A DNA stretch of 64,000 bases, from positions 18,662,001-18,726,000 of the forward strand of contig NC_087261.1 of NCBI RefSeq assembly GCF_037042905.1, given 5' to 3'. Positions 52,807 through 64,000 of the stretch are shown here, piece after piece (positions within the stretch are counted from its first letter, which is position 1; each line of letters begins with the position of its first letter). The stretch comes from Lytechinus pictus. Taxonomy: Eukaryota. The translations under genes and the position numbers were made by a program. The notes beneath the pieces were generated by a model that saw nothing but the letters and a program-made list of their open reading frames with translations, had not been told where the DNA came from and ran no database searches.

Positions 52807-54350
52807 CGATCATTATCTTTCGGAAGACGAGCGGACAGGCAAAGGCAACCTACATAGTAGGAATGGAAAGAGCAAGCGGGCGGTGCAAACGCATGTGTGC
52901 ATCATGTTCATGCATAAAACGAATAGGGGATAGTGGCACAGGAAAAATAAAGGAAACAGAAAGCTGTACATTCATCAAAATTGGAAGGATACATGTATCT
53001 TTAAAAAAAACCACTAAGGAATGTCGCATCCATAGACGGCATTTCAAGATCGATAGGAAAAGTGGAAATCGAGTGCGCTTTTTGCTTTCATCACTAGAAC
53101 ATCAATCGTAAAACCCCTGCGCTTGACAATGAGTCCCATAACTGCAAAAGCATGGAAATTGAAATTTGTACAACTTCCCATACGGTACCCTAGCTCAAAA
53201 ACGTCCACATTGCTATTAAAGCCTTTCCATATTGGAAACTTGGTACTCTCTAAGCTGAGAGTAGTTGTTTCGGCACAAAATGTTCCGCATTGCAGTTTTC
53301 ATGAAAGTGACATGTAAATGCATCTTTGTCATGTTTTTGCTGTTTTATCATGGAACACTTTGTTTTCATCTAAAATCTTACCTTAATCCAAATGTTTCCA
53401 GGGGATTTCGATAGAATGTGGTTCTGTGATAAACAGCTAGCAGACCTGAAGCAGAGATGTCCCGGGTTCGAAACTTCAGTGGATATTCGTAAACTGGGTG
53501 ATTTGACATCAGCTATTGTTCCAGGCACATGTACATTTCGAAGAAACAAACGTATGCACATTGAAACCAATGCACTATTCGTCAAAATGTATAGAGTGTT
53601 TGCCTGGTGTATTACTCATATGCAATCCCCGGCAAAAACCCTCAAATGAATGATAATTCACCAGAAGGTACATGTACTCAGAGATGATGAAGAAGAAGAA
53701 TTGCATGCGAGTCGAGTCCTGGGTTAGTTCTTTTCCCATTGTGACATACCAGGCGTAAATGTTTATATCTGGCTAATACAGTTCTGTCATAAATATCGCA
53801 GATTCAATGAGAAAATCGTGTAACCTGAGGAAGCTTTAATACACTAATTAGATGGCTAGTCCATTCCAAACCCATTATAACAGTAACACCGGTAATAAAG
53901 ACCTCAGTAATGGAGGGATACTACGTTATTTCTAATCAAATACCGCTCGGTTGAGGATTGGAGTCCCGTTGGTGTAAATTTAGAGAGGTGTCATCTTGTC
54001 AAAGTTCCAACAATGCTTGGATTTGGGAATAATCAGAAGTGTCAAATAATAAAGCTCCAAGACTGAGAATCCACGAAAGCTCCAGTCGAACTACACGATG
54101 AATGAAAGACATAACATTGGGAGGGATTACCGATTAGAAAGCAACTTTATTGTAAATAAAGGGGATTAATTCTACCCTTAAAATGGGCACCCCCAACAAG
54201 CATTAGACTGACATTCTTGTCACTCTATTATGCTATTCTTTTTAACTTGAATTGGGCCAGTATTTGAGGCCCGAGGAGCCATTCTAAATATATTACGTAT
54301 AGTGCATACCCTGAAAGAATAGCGACGTGGAAATGATCACTTTCACCTAT

Positions 54351-54772
54351 AGGCCACCGCACACCTTACATTTGATCTGCGACCCGATTTTAGAATAAAA
54401 AGCAGTAGACTTTTATCCTAATATTGCGACATGGAATGTATTACTGTGTAATGTTCTAAATCATCGTACGAATGCCTATGTTCAAGTTTGTGACTATGCT
54501 GTCATTCTCATTAGAATAAAAGTGATTTAATATCTAGCCGCAAATTTAATATCAAGTCGTAATGATGTTATATTTATAGCAATTGCACGATTGGCTTCAA
54601 TTTGAAATTAATTTGGCCTTTACACCAAACCATCCAAAATTGTTATATTAGTATTCTGTTAATTTGAATCTTAAATAAAAAGATGAATTTCATTCACATT
54701 TTCAGAAAATGAACAAAATGCAATTTGTTCTAAAATCGGGTCGTGGACCAGCCGTAAGGTGCGTGGTTGCCT
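54351..54772. mobile_element. PIF/Harbinger-type MITE, family B, copy 2 (inverted)
   Basis: AGGCCACCGCACACCTTAC ... CGTAAGGTGCGTGGTTGCCT. Internal sequence is the reverse complement of 20300-20702 (TGTGACTATGCT, TCGTGGACCAGCCGT). Confidence 0.8.
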
Positions 54773-56417
54773 TAACTTGTACTACGAATCCTGGTTATCA
54801 TTGTTTAGAGCCTTATGAAAACTTAACTGATATATTGCAAAGATATATATTGCTGGTCATTAAAAAACAATAGATAAATCATCATGCCACAATCTGCTTC
54901 ACACGCTGTTGGGCGCCCTCCGCGGTGTTTATTGAATATATTCATCTTCATGTGTAAAAAGTGTAACTGTGGCACTCATTGAGGGGTGTATAGTGGTGGA
55001 ATTAATTTGGTGGGTTCTGTCAAAAAAGATAATTGTATACGCGTTGCTGATTTTGGTGAGGATGATGATAAAATCGGATTGATTCAAGTGGTGGGTTCGC
55101 TAAGGAGGTATTTTACATATTTTACCCCAACTCTATTCCCCTCTCTTCCCCCTCTATCCCCTCTCCCTTCTCTCTCCCCTCTCTTTCCCATTACTTTATT
55201 CTTTGTCTTCCTTCCCACTTTCTGATGTCTACATATTTGATCTACGTAATACAAATACCTCTGAATTTTTAAATGCTTCCTTCTTGTTATCATCCTTTTG
55301 GAATATGTGTCAGTATTTTTATCTCTCATGTGAGGATGAAGGAAATTTAGAAACTTAAATCTTGTCAGTTGAATTACTCTACTAAAAATATTTGTGTTGT
55401 ATACTGTATGAATAAGTTTATATCATGGACCTGCCATGCTAGAAATAATAATAATATGCAACACTTTTATAGCGCTCAATACGAATGCTTATAGGCGCTG
55501 CGTGCTATTACAAAGACATACCTCCTTTTATTTATCGTTCGCTGGCCAAATGTTTCCTTAATTGTCTGTCATCATCTACTGCTATAGTCGTACCAATGGA
55601 ATTGACTCCCAGCCGACCGATGTATTGAAAATTTTGAAATAATGTATTAGCTCTGGTCGGCCTGGCGTCGAATTCACTTAAAGGTGACTATGCATTACTT
55701 CCTAATCCTTTCCCACGAGCATGACATGACACATCAGTCTGTAGCCTTAGAATAATCGTTCCCAACTTGGACAAACCTTTCCTTCATTATCTTCAATCGA
55801 ATCAATCTCATCGCCCAACGTGTCCTTTCCAGTAATTAGAGGGTTTGGACCAAAGTAAGAGACACCTGACCACCCTTCCTACCTCATGTCCTTCAGAATA
55901 ACCACTGGAACCACGCACACAATACAACCACAAGACCAATTCATCAACCTTGCATTAATACGCGACACGAATGCGATGATTAAGCGAAGGATAACCTTTT
56001 TTTATATATACATGTATGTTAGCAATGTTCTTTTGGAACAAATCATGTGAATCATAAAACAGTAATCTAAAAGATAATACAAATATGAAATACATAGAAT
56101 AAGAAAAAGCAAAAATAAACAAGTAAAAGAGAACATTTATATGAATAAGATAGGGAAAGGGAAAAAGGTTTTGGAAAATTTGAACCCCCCCCCCCCACAC
56201 ACACAAAAAAACGTGCGTTTCAAATCTGTTGAGAGTATCATTCACCTTTTCATTACCAGAAATCTTAGTTCTTCATACTTGGTTATTCTTATACTGGCTT
56301 TTAGTTCATGATAATTGTCATTATTTTGTAATATACTACATGAAGGAATTTATTCTCATTCTTCTTTTTCGTTCTCATGTCTTTATTTTGCTCCCGACCC
56401 CCTCCTCCTCCTCGTGC

Positions 56418-56784
56418 NNNNNNNNNNNNNNNNNNNNNNNNNNNNNNNNNNNNNNNNNNNNNNNNNNNNNNNNNNNNNNNNNNNNNNNNNNNNNNNNNNN
56501 NNNNNNNNNNNNNNNNNNNNNNNNNNNNNNNNNNNNNNNNNNNNNNNNNNNNNNNNNNNNNNNNNNNNNNNNNNNNNNNNNNNNNNNNNNNNNNNNNNNN
56601 NNNNNNNNNNNNNNNNNNNNNNNNNNNNNNNNNNNNNNNNNNNNNNNNNNNNNNNNNNNNNNNNNNNNNNNNNNNNNNNNNNNNNNNNNNNNNNNNNNNN
56701 NNNNNNNNNNNNNNNNNNNNNNNNNNNNNNNNNNNNNNNNNNNNNNNNNNNNNNNNNNNNNNNNNNNNNNNNNNNNNNNNNNNN
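56418..56784. other. Assembly gap (N run)
   Basis: Run of n, flanked by simple repeats. Confidence 1.
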
Positions 56785-57880
56785 CAACTACTACGGCTTC
56801 TACTACTATTACTACTACTTTTTCTTCCAATCAGTCCTTCTTTTCCCTCTGCTCCTTAATATTATACGATAACAGCTTGACTGCTGCCGAGATTATAATT
56901 TTGCCTCGATTTGCGACGCAGAACGAAACATTGAACACAGCAAAGCATTGAAAATGCAAGTCGAATCATATGAACAGTTGGGAGGTCTTTGTCGGAAATT
57001 GTAGAATCGGAACAGCAGTCTCGTCCTGCTATTCACAGCTGACAAAAAAAAATCGCAAATACGTCGTTTATCAAGAGTCCAGGCCTAAACTGTTCTTTCG
57101 ATTCACCAAACCCCGACAAAGACTTAATTGTCATGAAGAGCATATGGCAATGCATTCTCTACGTTCCAGAAAGCGTTCTGCGCTGCGGTTGCAAAAGTAT
57201 CCATTATTATTCGAAATAGAAATATGAAATAGAAATACTCAGAAAACCTACAATACCAAAAAATTGATAGGAAACGGACGGCAGGAAAACATTATGATTC
57301 ACTTGTCATATATAATACATCATAGTATCAGATAGATAATGAACAAAGAAACGTATGCTTTCATTGACTCCATTGCTATGAAAATCACCTCTTTTCATCA
57401 AAAATAAATGTACATGAATCGTATACTCATATACGCATATTATAAAGCCATAAGTGACCATAATCACAATGGTTTGTTATATTTTTAAGCTCGGTTTCAA
57501 AATGCGTAATCGCTTCCATGGAAACTTTAGGGTACTTTCCCTGTTTACTTTAATTATTTCTAAAAAACAGAAAATAATTCATCATCCTGTCTTTTTCCCC
57601 ATTCAGCAATCAATCAAAGGTCAATACCTACTCTGGAATACTTGTGTTACAACGAATTGGACAGAAGCTAAACGGGTAAAATATTCATTAGCAGTGAAAG
57701 TGGCCTTTTCGGAGATATCCCCCACCCCATTCTGATGATGGTTCTAGTGCTCAACAAAGAAAGGAAAAAGAGAAAATATCAAGAAAAGTAGAGAGAGGAG
57801 AAGGGGAGTATTGGCAAGGGGCTGACGTGAAGCAATATAATGTCTCTTACGTAAATACACACACACCTACCCACCCCCTC

Positions 57881-57911
<31 letters not shown>

Positions 57912-57952
57912 TATATTTGTTATCTTGAAGCTGCCGTTAATTGGTTTAGTGG

Positions 57953-58193
57953 CATGGTCGTACGCAGAGGGGACAGGGGGAAGATCCCCTCTCCAAATAA
58001 ATGTTGTAACTTTCATTTTTTACTTACAATTAAAAAAAAAGAAACACCAAAAGTGTGCATGATATCATTCCATCTACTTTAGAAAATGCAAACTCATTCC
58101 CAACGACAACTTCGCTCGCGACCTCGCTTTCAAGTTTCTTCGAAAAATTTCACGCGTCCTGCCCCCATGAAAACAATTTCGCGTAAGCCCATG
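57953..58193. mobile_element. Short TIR element remnant
   Basis: Imperfect TIR CATGGTCGTACGC / GCGTAAGCCCATG. No clear TSD. Confidence 0.4.
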
Positions 58194-58514
58194 GGTTAAG
58201 GTGACCGACTGCAGATAATACGTCAGACAAAAAGGCGGCTTCAAAGCCGGCGTCAGAGGCGGCCTTAAACCGTCGCAAGTGCATCAGGGGTCTTGGGGCG
58301 GTGATACACTTACGCTGAAAGTTGACCGAAGCCGGCGTCGGAGGCGGCTCGACTTACTGCATGTGTATCACCTCCCTTTTTTGAAACCCGGACTGACACC
58401 GGCTCGGACTGAGTCCACCTTTGGATGTGGTTCTTCATTCTAACAAACGAAAGGTTAACATTACTAATAATTAAACATGTACGTACGCCTGCCAAACATG
58501 CCTCATATTACATT

Positions 58515-59163
58515 ATATTTGTGACCAACCACCCCCAAACCACCAATAAGTCTGCCGGGAAGAATATCTGTCAATGGCCAAAATAGTAAATTGGTCTTCA
58601 AAGAGCCAAAATTCAAAACTCCGTTTGTCTGAAGGAGTATTTCTTCATCTTTATACTGTAAAAAAAATCGAGTTGTAAAATCAAATAGAAACAAGACACA
58701 AGAGTTTCTTTGACACAAGTTTTTCATGTTTTTGCAGACTGCTAGGAAGTTTCATTGAAATCGCACCGTGGGCACATCTAATTATTGAGTGTATACAAAC
58801 TTTAAACGTTATTTTCTCTCTGCATTCAATCAAGTATTTGAGTAGGTTATTGTTGATTAAGTTTGACAAATTATATATCACTTTTAAAGCTTAGGATGTT
58901 TGTCTAAACTTAATAAATATTTCAAATTCGTTTTGAGTAGGCTATTGTTGATCAAGTTTGACAAATTATATATCACTTTTAAAGCTAAGAATGTTTGTCT
59001 AAACTTAATAAATATTTCAAATTCGTTTTGAGTAGGCTATTGTTGATCAAGTTTGACAAATTATATATCACTTTTAAAGCTAAGAATGTTTGTCTAAACT
59101 TAATAAATATTTCAAATTCGTTTTGAGAGACTTGTTGGTTTTGGGGTGGCTGGTCACATTTAT
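58515..59163. mobile_element. Non-autonomous DNA element containing an internal 95-bp tandem array
   Basis: TIR ATATTTGTGACCAACCACCCCCAAACC / GGTTTTGGGGTGGCTGGTCACATTTAT. Confidence 0.75.
58837..59127. repeat. Three tandem copies of a 95-bp unit
   Basis: TTTGAG(TAGG) recurs at 58837, 58932, 59027 and 59122. Copies 2 and 3 are essentially identical. Confidence 0.95.
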
Positions 59164-59199
59164 TCCCACCAACATGACCAACCTGGATTTAGCCTCTTG

Positions 59200-59437
59200 C
59201 ACTGTAAAAACTGCGGTGTTAAAACTGACACCAGTTGGTGTTAATAGAGGACCACACCCCGAGGTGTTAAACTTACACCCTACAGATTAAAAATAACACC
59301 AAAGCGTGTAAATGTAACAACCAAAGGTGTTGTAATGACACATATAGGTGTAAACTAACACCACCAATTCAACACCGGTGTAGAATAACTGGTGTGGTCC
59401 TCTATGTACACCGGTTAACACCACAGTTTTTGCTGTG
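59200..59437. mobile_element. CACTA/EnSpm-like MITE
   Basis: TIR CACTGTAAAAACTGCGGTGTTAA / TTAACACCACAGTTTTTGCTGTG, 2-bp TSD TG, internal GGTGT/ACACC subrepeats, and inverted AGAGGACCACACC / GGTGTGGTCCTCT. Confidence 0.8.
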
Positions 59438-60875
59438 TGCCATAATGCTTATTGTAAAATAGCATTAAAGCTTTGATCTGATGCGTATACTAGTAATACA
59501 GTGTTATGTTTATTTTCTTCTATGAAATTGAATGTCAGTCATAACATTTTGAAATATTTATATCACATTTTGAAGAAAAAAAAACGTTTTGGGTTATTAC
59601 TTAATATTCTGTCGCCACTGCAAACGACGGATGATGACGTTTGTTTTTGTTCTAAAAGAGAATTGCAGCTCTAACCAGAGCCATTTGTTCACTTTTCTTT
59701 TTGTCTCAGTTAAAGTAGCAACGACCAGAGACTCCCGACAGAAAATACCAAGTGACCTTCACAAACAGCAATTTAGAAGAGTCAAAACGGGGTAAATAAG
59801 TCCAAAAATGAAGCATTTTCTCTCATCTGTTTTGACATAGATTGCTTGTAAATGACGGTACTAAAATCAACAGTCCTGATTTATGTTGCCTTTTACCATC
59901 CACTAGCCTTCCTCTCTCACATTACATACTCTTTCTTTCCTGAAGTTCATACGATAAACTGCAAATTCTAGCCTGATGTGTCTCAGTTATGTGTAAATTG
60001 CCATAATATTGCAGGTACGCCTGGGTTGATGATGGTGCCATTTGACGCCGCATGGGGGCGACACTTCATATTGCAAGAAAATGGACTGTCGAAGAGGGAA
60101 AGAAATTAGAAGACGGAGCCGTGGCAATAGCTCGAGCGAGGGTTTTAACGTAAATTGCAGGGCATTTCGGATGGAATAGTGCATTTTATCTCCACGATTA
60201 CTTCTCGCTTGGAGACTGAAAAAAGACCGGTTGAGAAAAAGAGAAATAAGGATATGGGTAACCGGAGACAGACAAACAGAAAAAGGAAAAGCAAAAAGTC
60301 AAACCTAATTCGTTCATGTAACTGACAAACAGATTTAGGTACAAAAACTATGTGAAATCATATTGTAATTTCAGCCAACGCGTCATGCAAAAACATTAAC
60401 AATCACTGAATTTATTTTTTAATTGATTGCTTTGTTTCGATGTTGGTCGCATTTGTTATTTTCTATTGTGCGTAGATATCATTATGTAGCATTTTTTTTG
60501 GGGGGGCTGTTTTTTATGTCTCGTTAGCCTGTCTCTAAAAGTTTGTTGTTACTCGATGAATTCTTACGATGTTATTTTTTCTCCCATTAGCATATACATG
60601 TAACATGTTGTTCAAATGTCATGAATGTTGAAGAAAAAAAAATAGGAAAACCATCAACTTGCTTCTTTATAAATGAAATAGATAGTAGCGTTGACCGTCT
60701 CCCCCACCCCCCCCCCCCGGCCCCATCCCCCTGTCCCGCCATATTTTTACAATTCTGACATATCTAAGATTATAAAATAAAAGTTATGGACATACTGGTG
60801 TCCCATCTTCACGTCCGTTTTATAACTGAATTCTCTTCCTCTTCCTCCTTTTTCTTTCTTCCTTGTTTTCTGTCT

Positions 60876-61039
60876 NNNNNNNNNNNNNNNNNNNNNNNNN
60901 NNNNNNNNNNNNNNNNNNNNNNNNNNNNNNNNNNNNNNNNNNNNNNNNNNNNNNNNNNNNNNNNNNNNNNNNNNNNNNNNNNNNNNNNNNNNNNNNNNNN
61001 NNNNNNNNNNNNNNNNNNNNNNNNNNNNNNNNNNNNNNN
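60876..61039. other. Assembly gap (N run)
   Basis: Run of n, flanked by simple repeats. Confidence 1.
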
Positions 61040-61465
61040 ATTATAATCATAATAGTATAATTGGAATGATAATAATAATAATAATGCTAATAATAAAAAA
61101 TTTACGAATACTTCTATTTCTGTATCTTCCGTTTGGTTTTTTAAAAGTTCTCTTTCATTTGTTTTCTCTCTTCAGTTTTTTTAATCAATGGTATTAATAT
61201 GCCCTTCGATTATACCTACCTCTGTCAAAACTCGTGGATTTATTCACATTCTACACATTACAGTATCCATTTATATTATGTGAAATAGAATTCACAATGA
61301 ATCCCTTCAGCCAGTCTTTTGGTTGCCTTCGTACATTATTTGTTATTTATATTTAATTCATAGATTCGAAGCGGTATCAGGCTAGTCATTTATTCATGGT
61401 ATGATATGAAGAAAAGCTATCATACGAATAGGACATTTTAAATAATTATGTAGAGTAGGCATATA

Positions 61466-61670
61466 ATTTTTTTAACCCCATATTGGGTAAAATAGAAACA
61501 TGCATGTTTGTTGGTAAGAAGATATTTTGTCAATTTTACGCAATGTTGCGTTGGAAATTCACTCTTCTAACATGCATTTTACTCAATATTGAGAAAAAAA
61601 ATTACACAGCAAATATGCATGTTTCCTTTCTACCCAATATTGGGTAAAATTTTACTCTGTATTTAGAGTA
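61466..61670. mobile_element. Foldback MITE remnant
   Basis: Inverted arms CCATATTGGGTAAAATAGAAACATGCATGTTTG / CAAATATGCATGTTTCCTTTCTACCCAATATTGG. Confidence 0.6.
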
Positions 61671-62203
61671 TATGAACAAAAGCTATCACACTAATAGGAC
61701 AACTGGAGAGTATGCGTATAGTATAAATGATGTATAATTATATTTGATAAGATTAAACGGTTGCATATCTTTTCAATGTTTAAACATGTGTAAACATATG
61801 TAAACATATTAAGCGGTTCCATATCTTTTCACTAATTAAACATACGTAAACTAAAACATTGCTTCAATATTTCCTAATTGCAGATGTATCAATGCCTTGG
61901 ATGTGAAGCCGTATTTCTAATAATAAATTATCGATTAATGAGCATCTGTAACCCTTTTACTATTTGAAGAAATGTGATATTTTGTCTCGGCAAGTATTTA
62001 TCATCAACATGCATGACAGCAAAAGATCAGCGAGGTCTTTGATTATGAGAGAGGACTTTTGATGATTACCGACTGAGTGTTTAATAAAAAGACCCTAACC
62101 CCTTTTAAATATTTTTCAAAATTAAAAAGCATAATATATCTAGAAGATGTCGATTATGGTGGTATATATATACTTAATATCACACAGAGCAAGTAGAACT
62201 AAT

Positions 62204-62590
62204 GGTAATTTGCAAATTCGTCCACCCACCACATAGTCTAACTTTATTTAGTCAAATGCCATTCCGTCCATCAACATTTCGTCTAACAACCATTTGGTCC
62301 AATCATCACTTCGTCTACTCACCATTTGGTCTTTGACCATTTCGTCTCATAACCAGTTGGTCTAATACTCGTTTTATTTTCATTCATTTGCCCAAGTAAC
62401 ACTTAGTCTAATTAGATCAAATGGTACATGGACTAAATGGCTATTGGACCAACTGGTTATTAGACGAAATGGTGGGTGGACGAAATGGCAATTAGACCAT
62501 GCGGATTTTGGATGAACTGATGGTAGACCAAATGATAGTAGACAATTTGGCAATTGGATGAATTGGCATTGGACCAAGTGAAAATAAACC
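62204..62590. mobile_element. Foldback element built from inverted arrays of ~15-bp subrepeats
   Basis: Left half repeats CCATTT(C/G)GTCTAA; right half repeats TAGAC(G/C)AAATGG. Ends GG...CC. 8-bp TSD GAACTAAT / GAACTAAC at 62196-62203 and 62591-62598. Confidence 0.8.
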
Positions 62591-63569
62591 GAACTAACAA
62601 ACTTACACTTCAAATTCGTTTTGCATTCGGTGGGAAGTACGTACTTTTATCCGAAGTTAAAAGAAGAAGAGCAAAAGTATGACTTTTTCATGAATGGACA
62701 GTTTATTTCATAATCAAGATACGATCCATAATGTTGTATTTATTTTCCAAACAGATAATAGGAAATGTTCATTCTACATGACTTGTTATGCTGTACATAC
62801 ATAAAATACGAATATATTTCATAGGAATATATATAATATCATGTATTACACAAATAAGTACCGTACCTGCATGCAGAGAAAATAAATGTTTTTGTGTAAC
62901 TTTGTTTTAAATTAAACTTACACATCTTCAAGAACAACGATTTAATTTGAAATGAAATGGTGCATATGTGACTTAACACTATTCAATGCATCTCAACTCG
63001 CAGATCGATAAACAAAACTATTTTTCTTCAATAGCTTTAACGATGCTCCCCAAGCGTCAATGAAGTGTCACTTAAAATGCTTACGCGATAACATTAACTG
63101 CCCAAATGATTCTTCTATTTATTATGCGCCTGACAAAAATAAGCATTCCGTTTTCATATACTCTTTTCATTCAATGTTGGTCAAAATACATTCTGTTTTC
63201 AGAGTATATATTGAGGGGTTTAGAAAAGGGAAATTTCCTTATCTTCTATCTTATTAAACCTGATAGATGTGATTTTCATTTAAGAATTCATCATCTTTTT
63301 CCTAATATCAGAATTGAATGGTGTTATATTTTCCTTACAAAGGAATAGTTAATCATTTTGTATACACAATCTTATTTTGACTTTATGACTTAAAAATTGT
63401 ATTTAAACACAAAGGTACTGATCCTTTTAGAAACTCTGTTTTTTAGTGCATAATTTCTCAAGATTTCTATACCATGTGTAATCAAGCTATATATTTTGTA
63501 TGTGTATGTAAGATTTATTGCCACTTTGCCGCAATCCTTGTTTAACATCTTTATATTATTGTGGCCTAT

Positions 63570-63711
63570 TATACAGATATTGACTGAAGTGGTGTGTAAT
63601 ATAAACATTCTTTGGACCGTCTGATTAATATTTTCCCGAGAGGTTATATTTATGATCACGAGGGAAAATATCAATCGTTTTTACACATTCCATCAGTCAA
63701 TATCTGTTATA
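63570..63711. mobile_element. Palindromic MITE
   Basis: Nested inverted arms ACAGATATTGACTGA / TCAGTCAATATCTGT and GATTAATATTTTCCC / GGGAAAATATCAATC. Confidence 0.7.
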
Positions 63712-64000
63712 TTAGATAGCCTTTGATGATGGAGATAGATCTAAGTTAGGCCTAGGTCTACGATGCGTGCAGCAGGCTGTTGTTTATGATCTCCACAGTG
63801 ATTGTTGGAACTGGTACAAGTAACGTTAGTCTAACGCAGTGAATGACCCTTTTCTAATCAAATCAAGTTTGTTTTGGCTTAGATCTAGATCTAAGTTAGA
63901 GTCCGGTCCAGGTCCATGATCATGTGCAAATTCCGATCTAATTGGGGATGAGATAAAACCTGAATAGGTCTAGAAGTCTAGATCTAGATCTAGCCTAGAT

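Noticed and set aside
52416-53111. 231-aa ORF
   Set aside because: F/S/L-rich translation of a polypyrimidine simple repeat; no domain.
56229-56951. Long ORFs across N runs (also 60786-61060)
   Set aside because: Artefacts of assembly gaps.
58837-59127. CRISPR-like array (also 62204-62590)
   Set aside because: Units are contiguous with no unique spacers, there are no cas genes, and the context is eukaryotic.
63390-63674. 94-aa minus-strand ORF
   Set aside because: Runs through a palindromic MITE; the remainder only faintly resembles a LINE C-terminus.

Overview
AT-rich eukaryotic (metazoan) genomic DNA with two assembly gaps. The repeat landscape (TTAA-flanked and CACTG-ended MITEs, tRNA-SINEs, poly-C tracts, AGATCT clusters) looks like a sea urchin or other echinoderm, but that assignment is inference. 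No intact protein-coding gene is supportable. The functional centrepiece is a canonical mir-124 hairpin (+, 13685-13769; mature UAAGGCACGCGGUGAAUGCCAA at 13736-13757). Upstream of it are splice signals that outline a probable non-coding host transcript: a donor at 9376, a TACTAAC distant branch point with an ~80 nt pyrimidine tract, and an exon at 10860-11607 flanked on both sides by CU-rich tracts. The window also carries a decayed Penelope-like retroelement (RT + GIY-YIG, Neptune-type; ~22045-25822) that ends in a degenerate hammerhead ribozyme. A second, core-intact minimal hammerhead lies on the minus strand at 37397-37433. The rest is MITEs, SINE/LINE fragments, local duplications and microsatellites.
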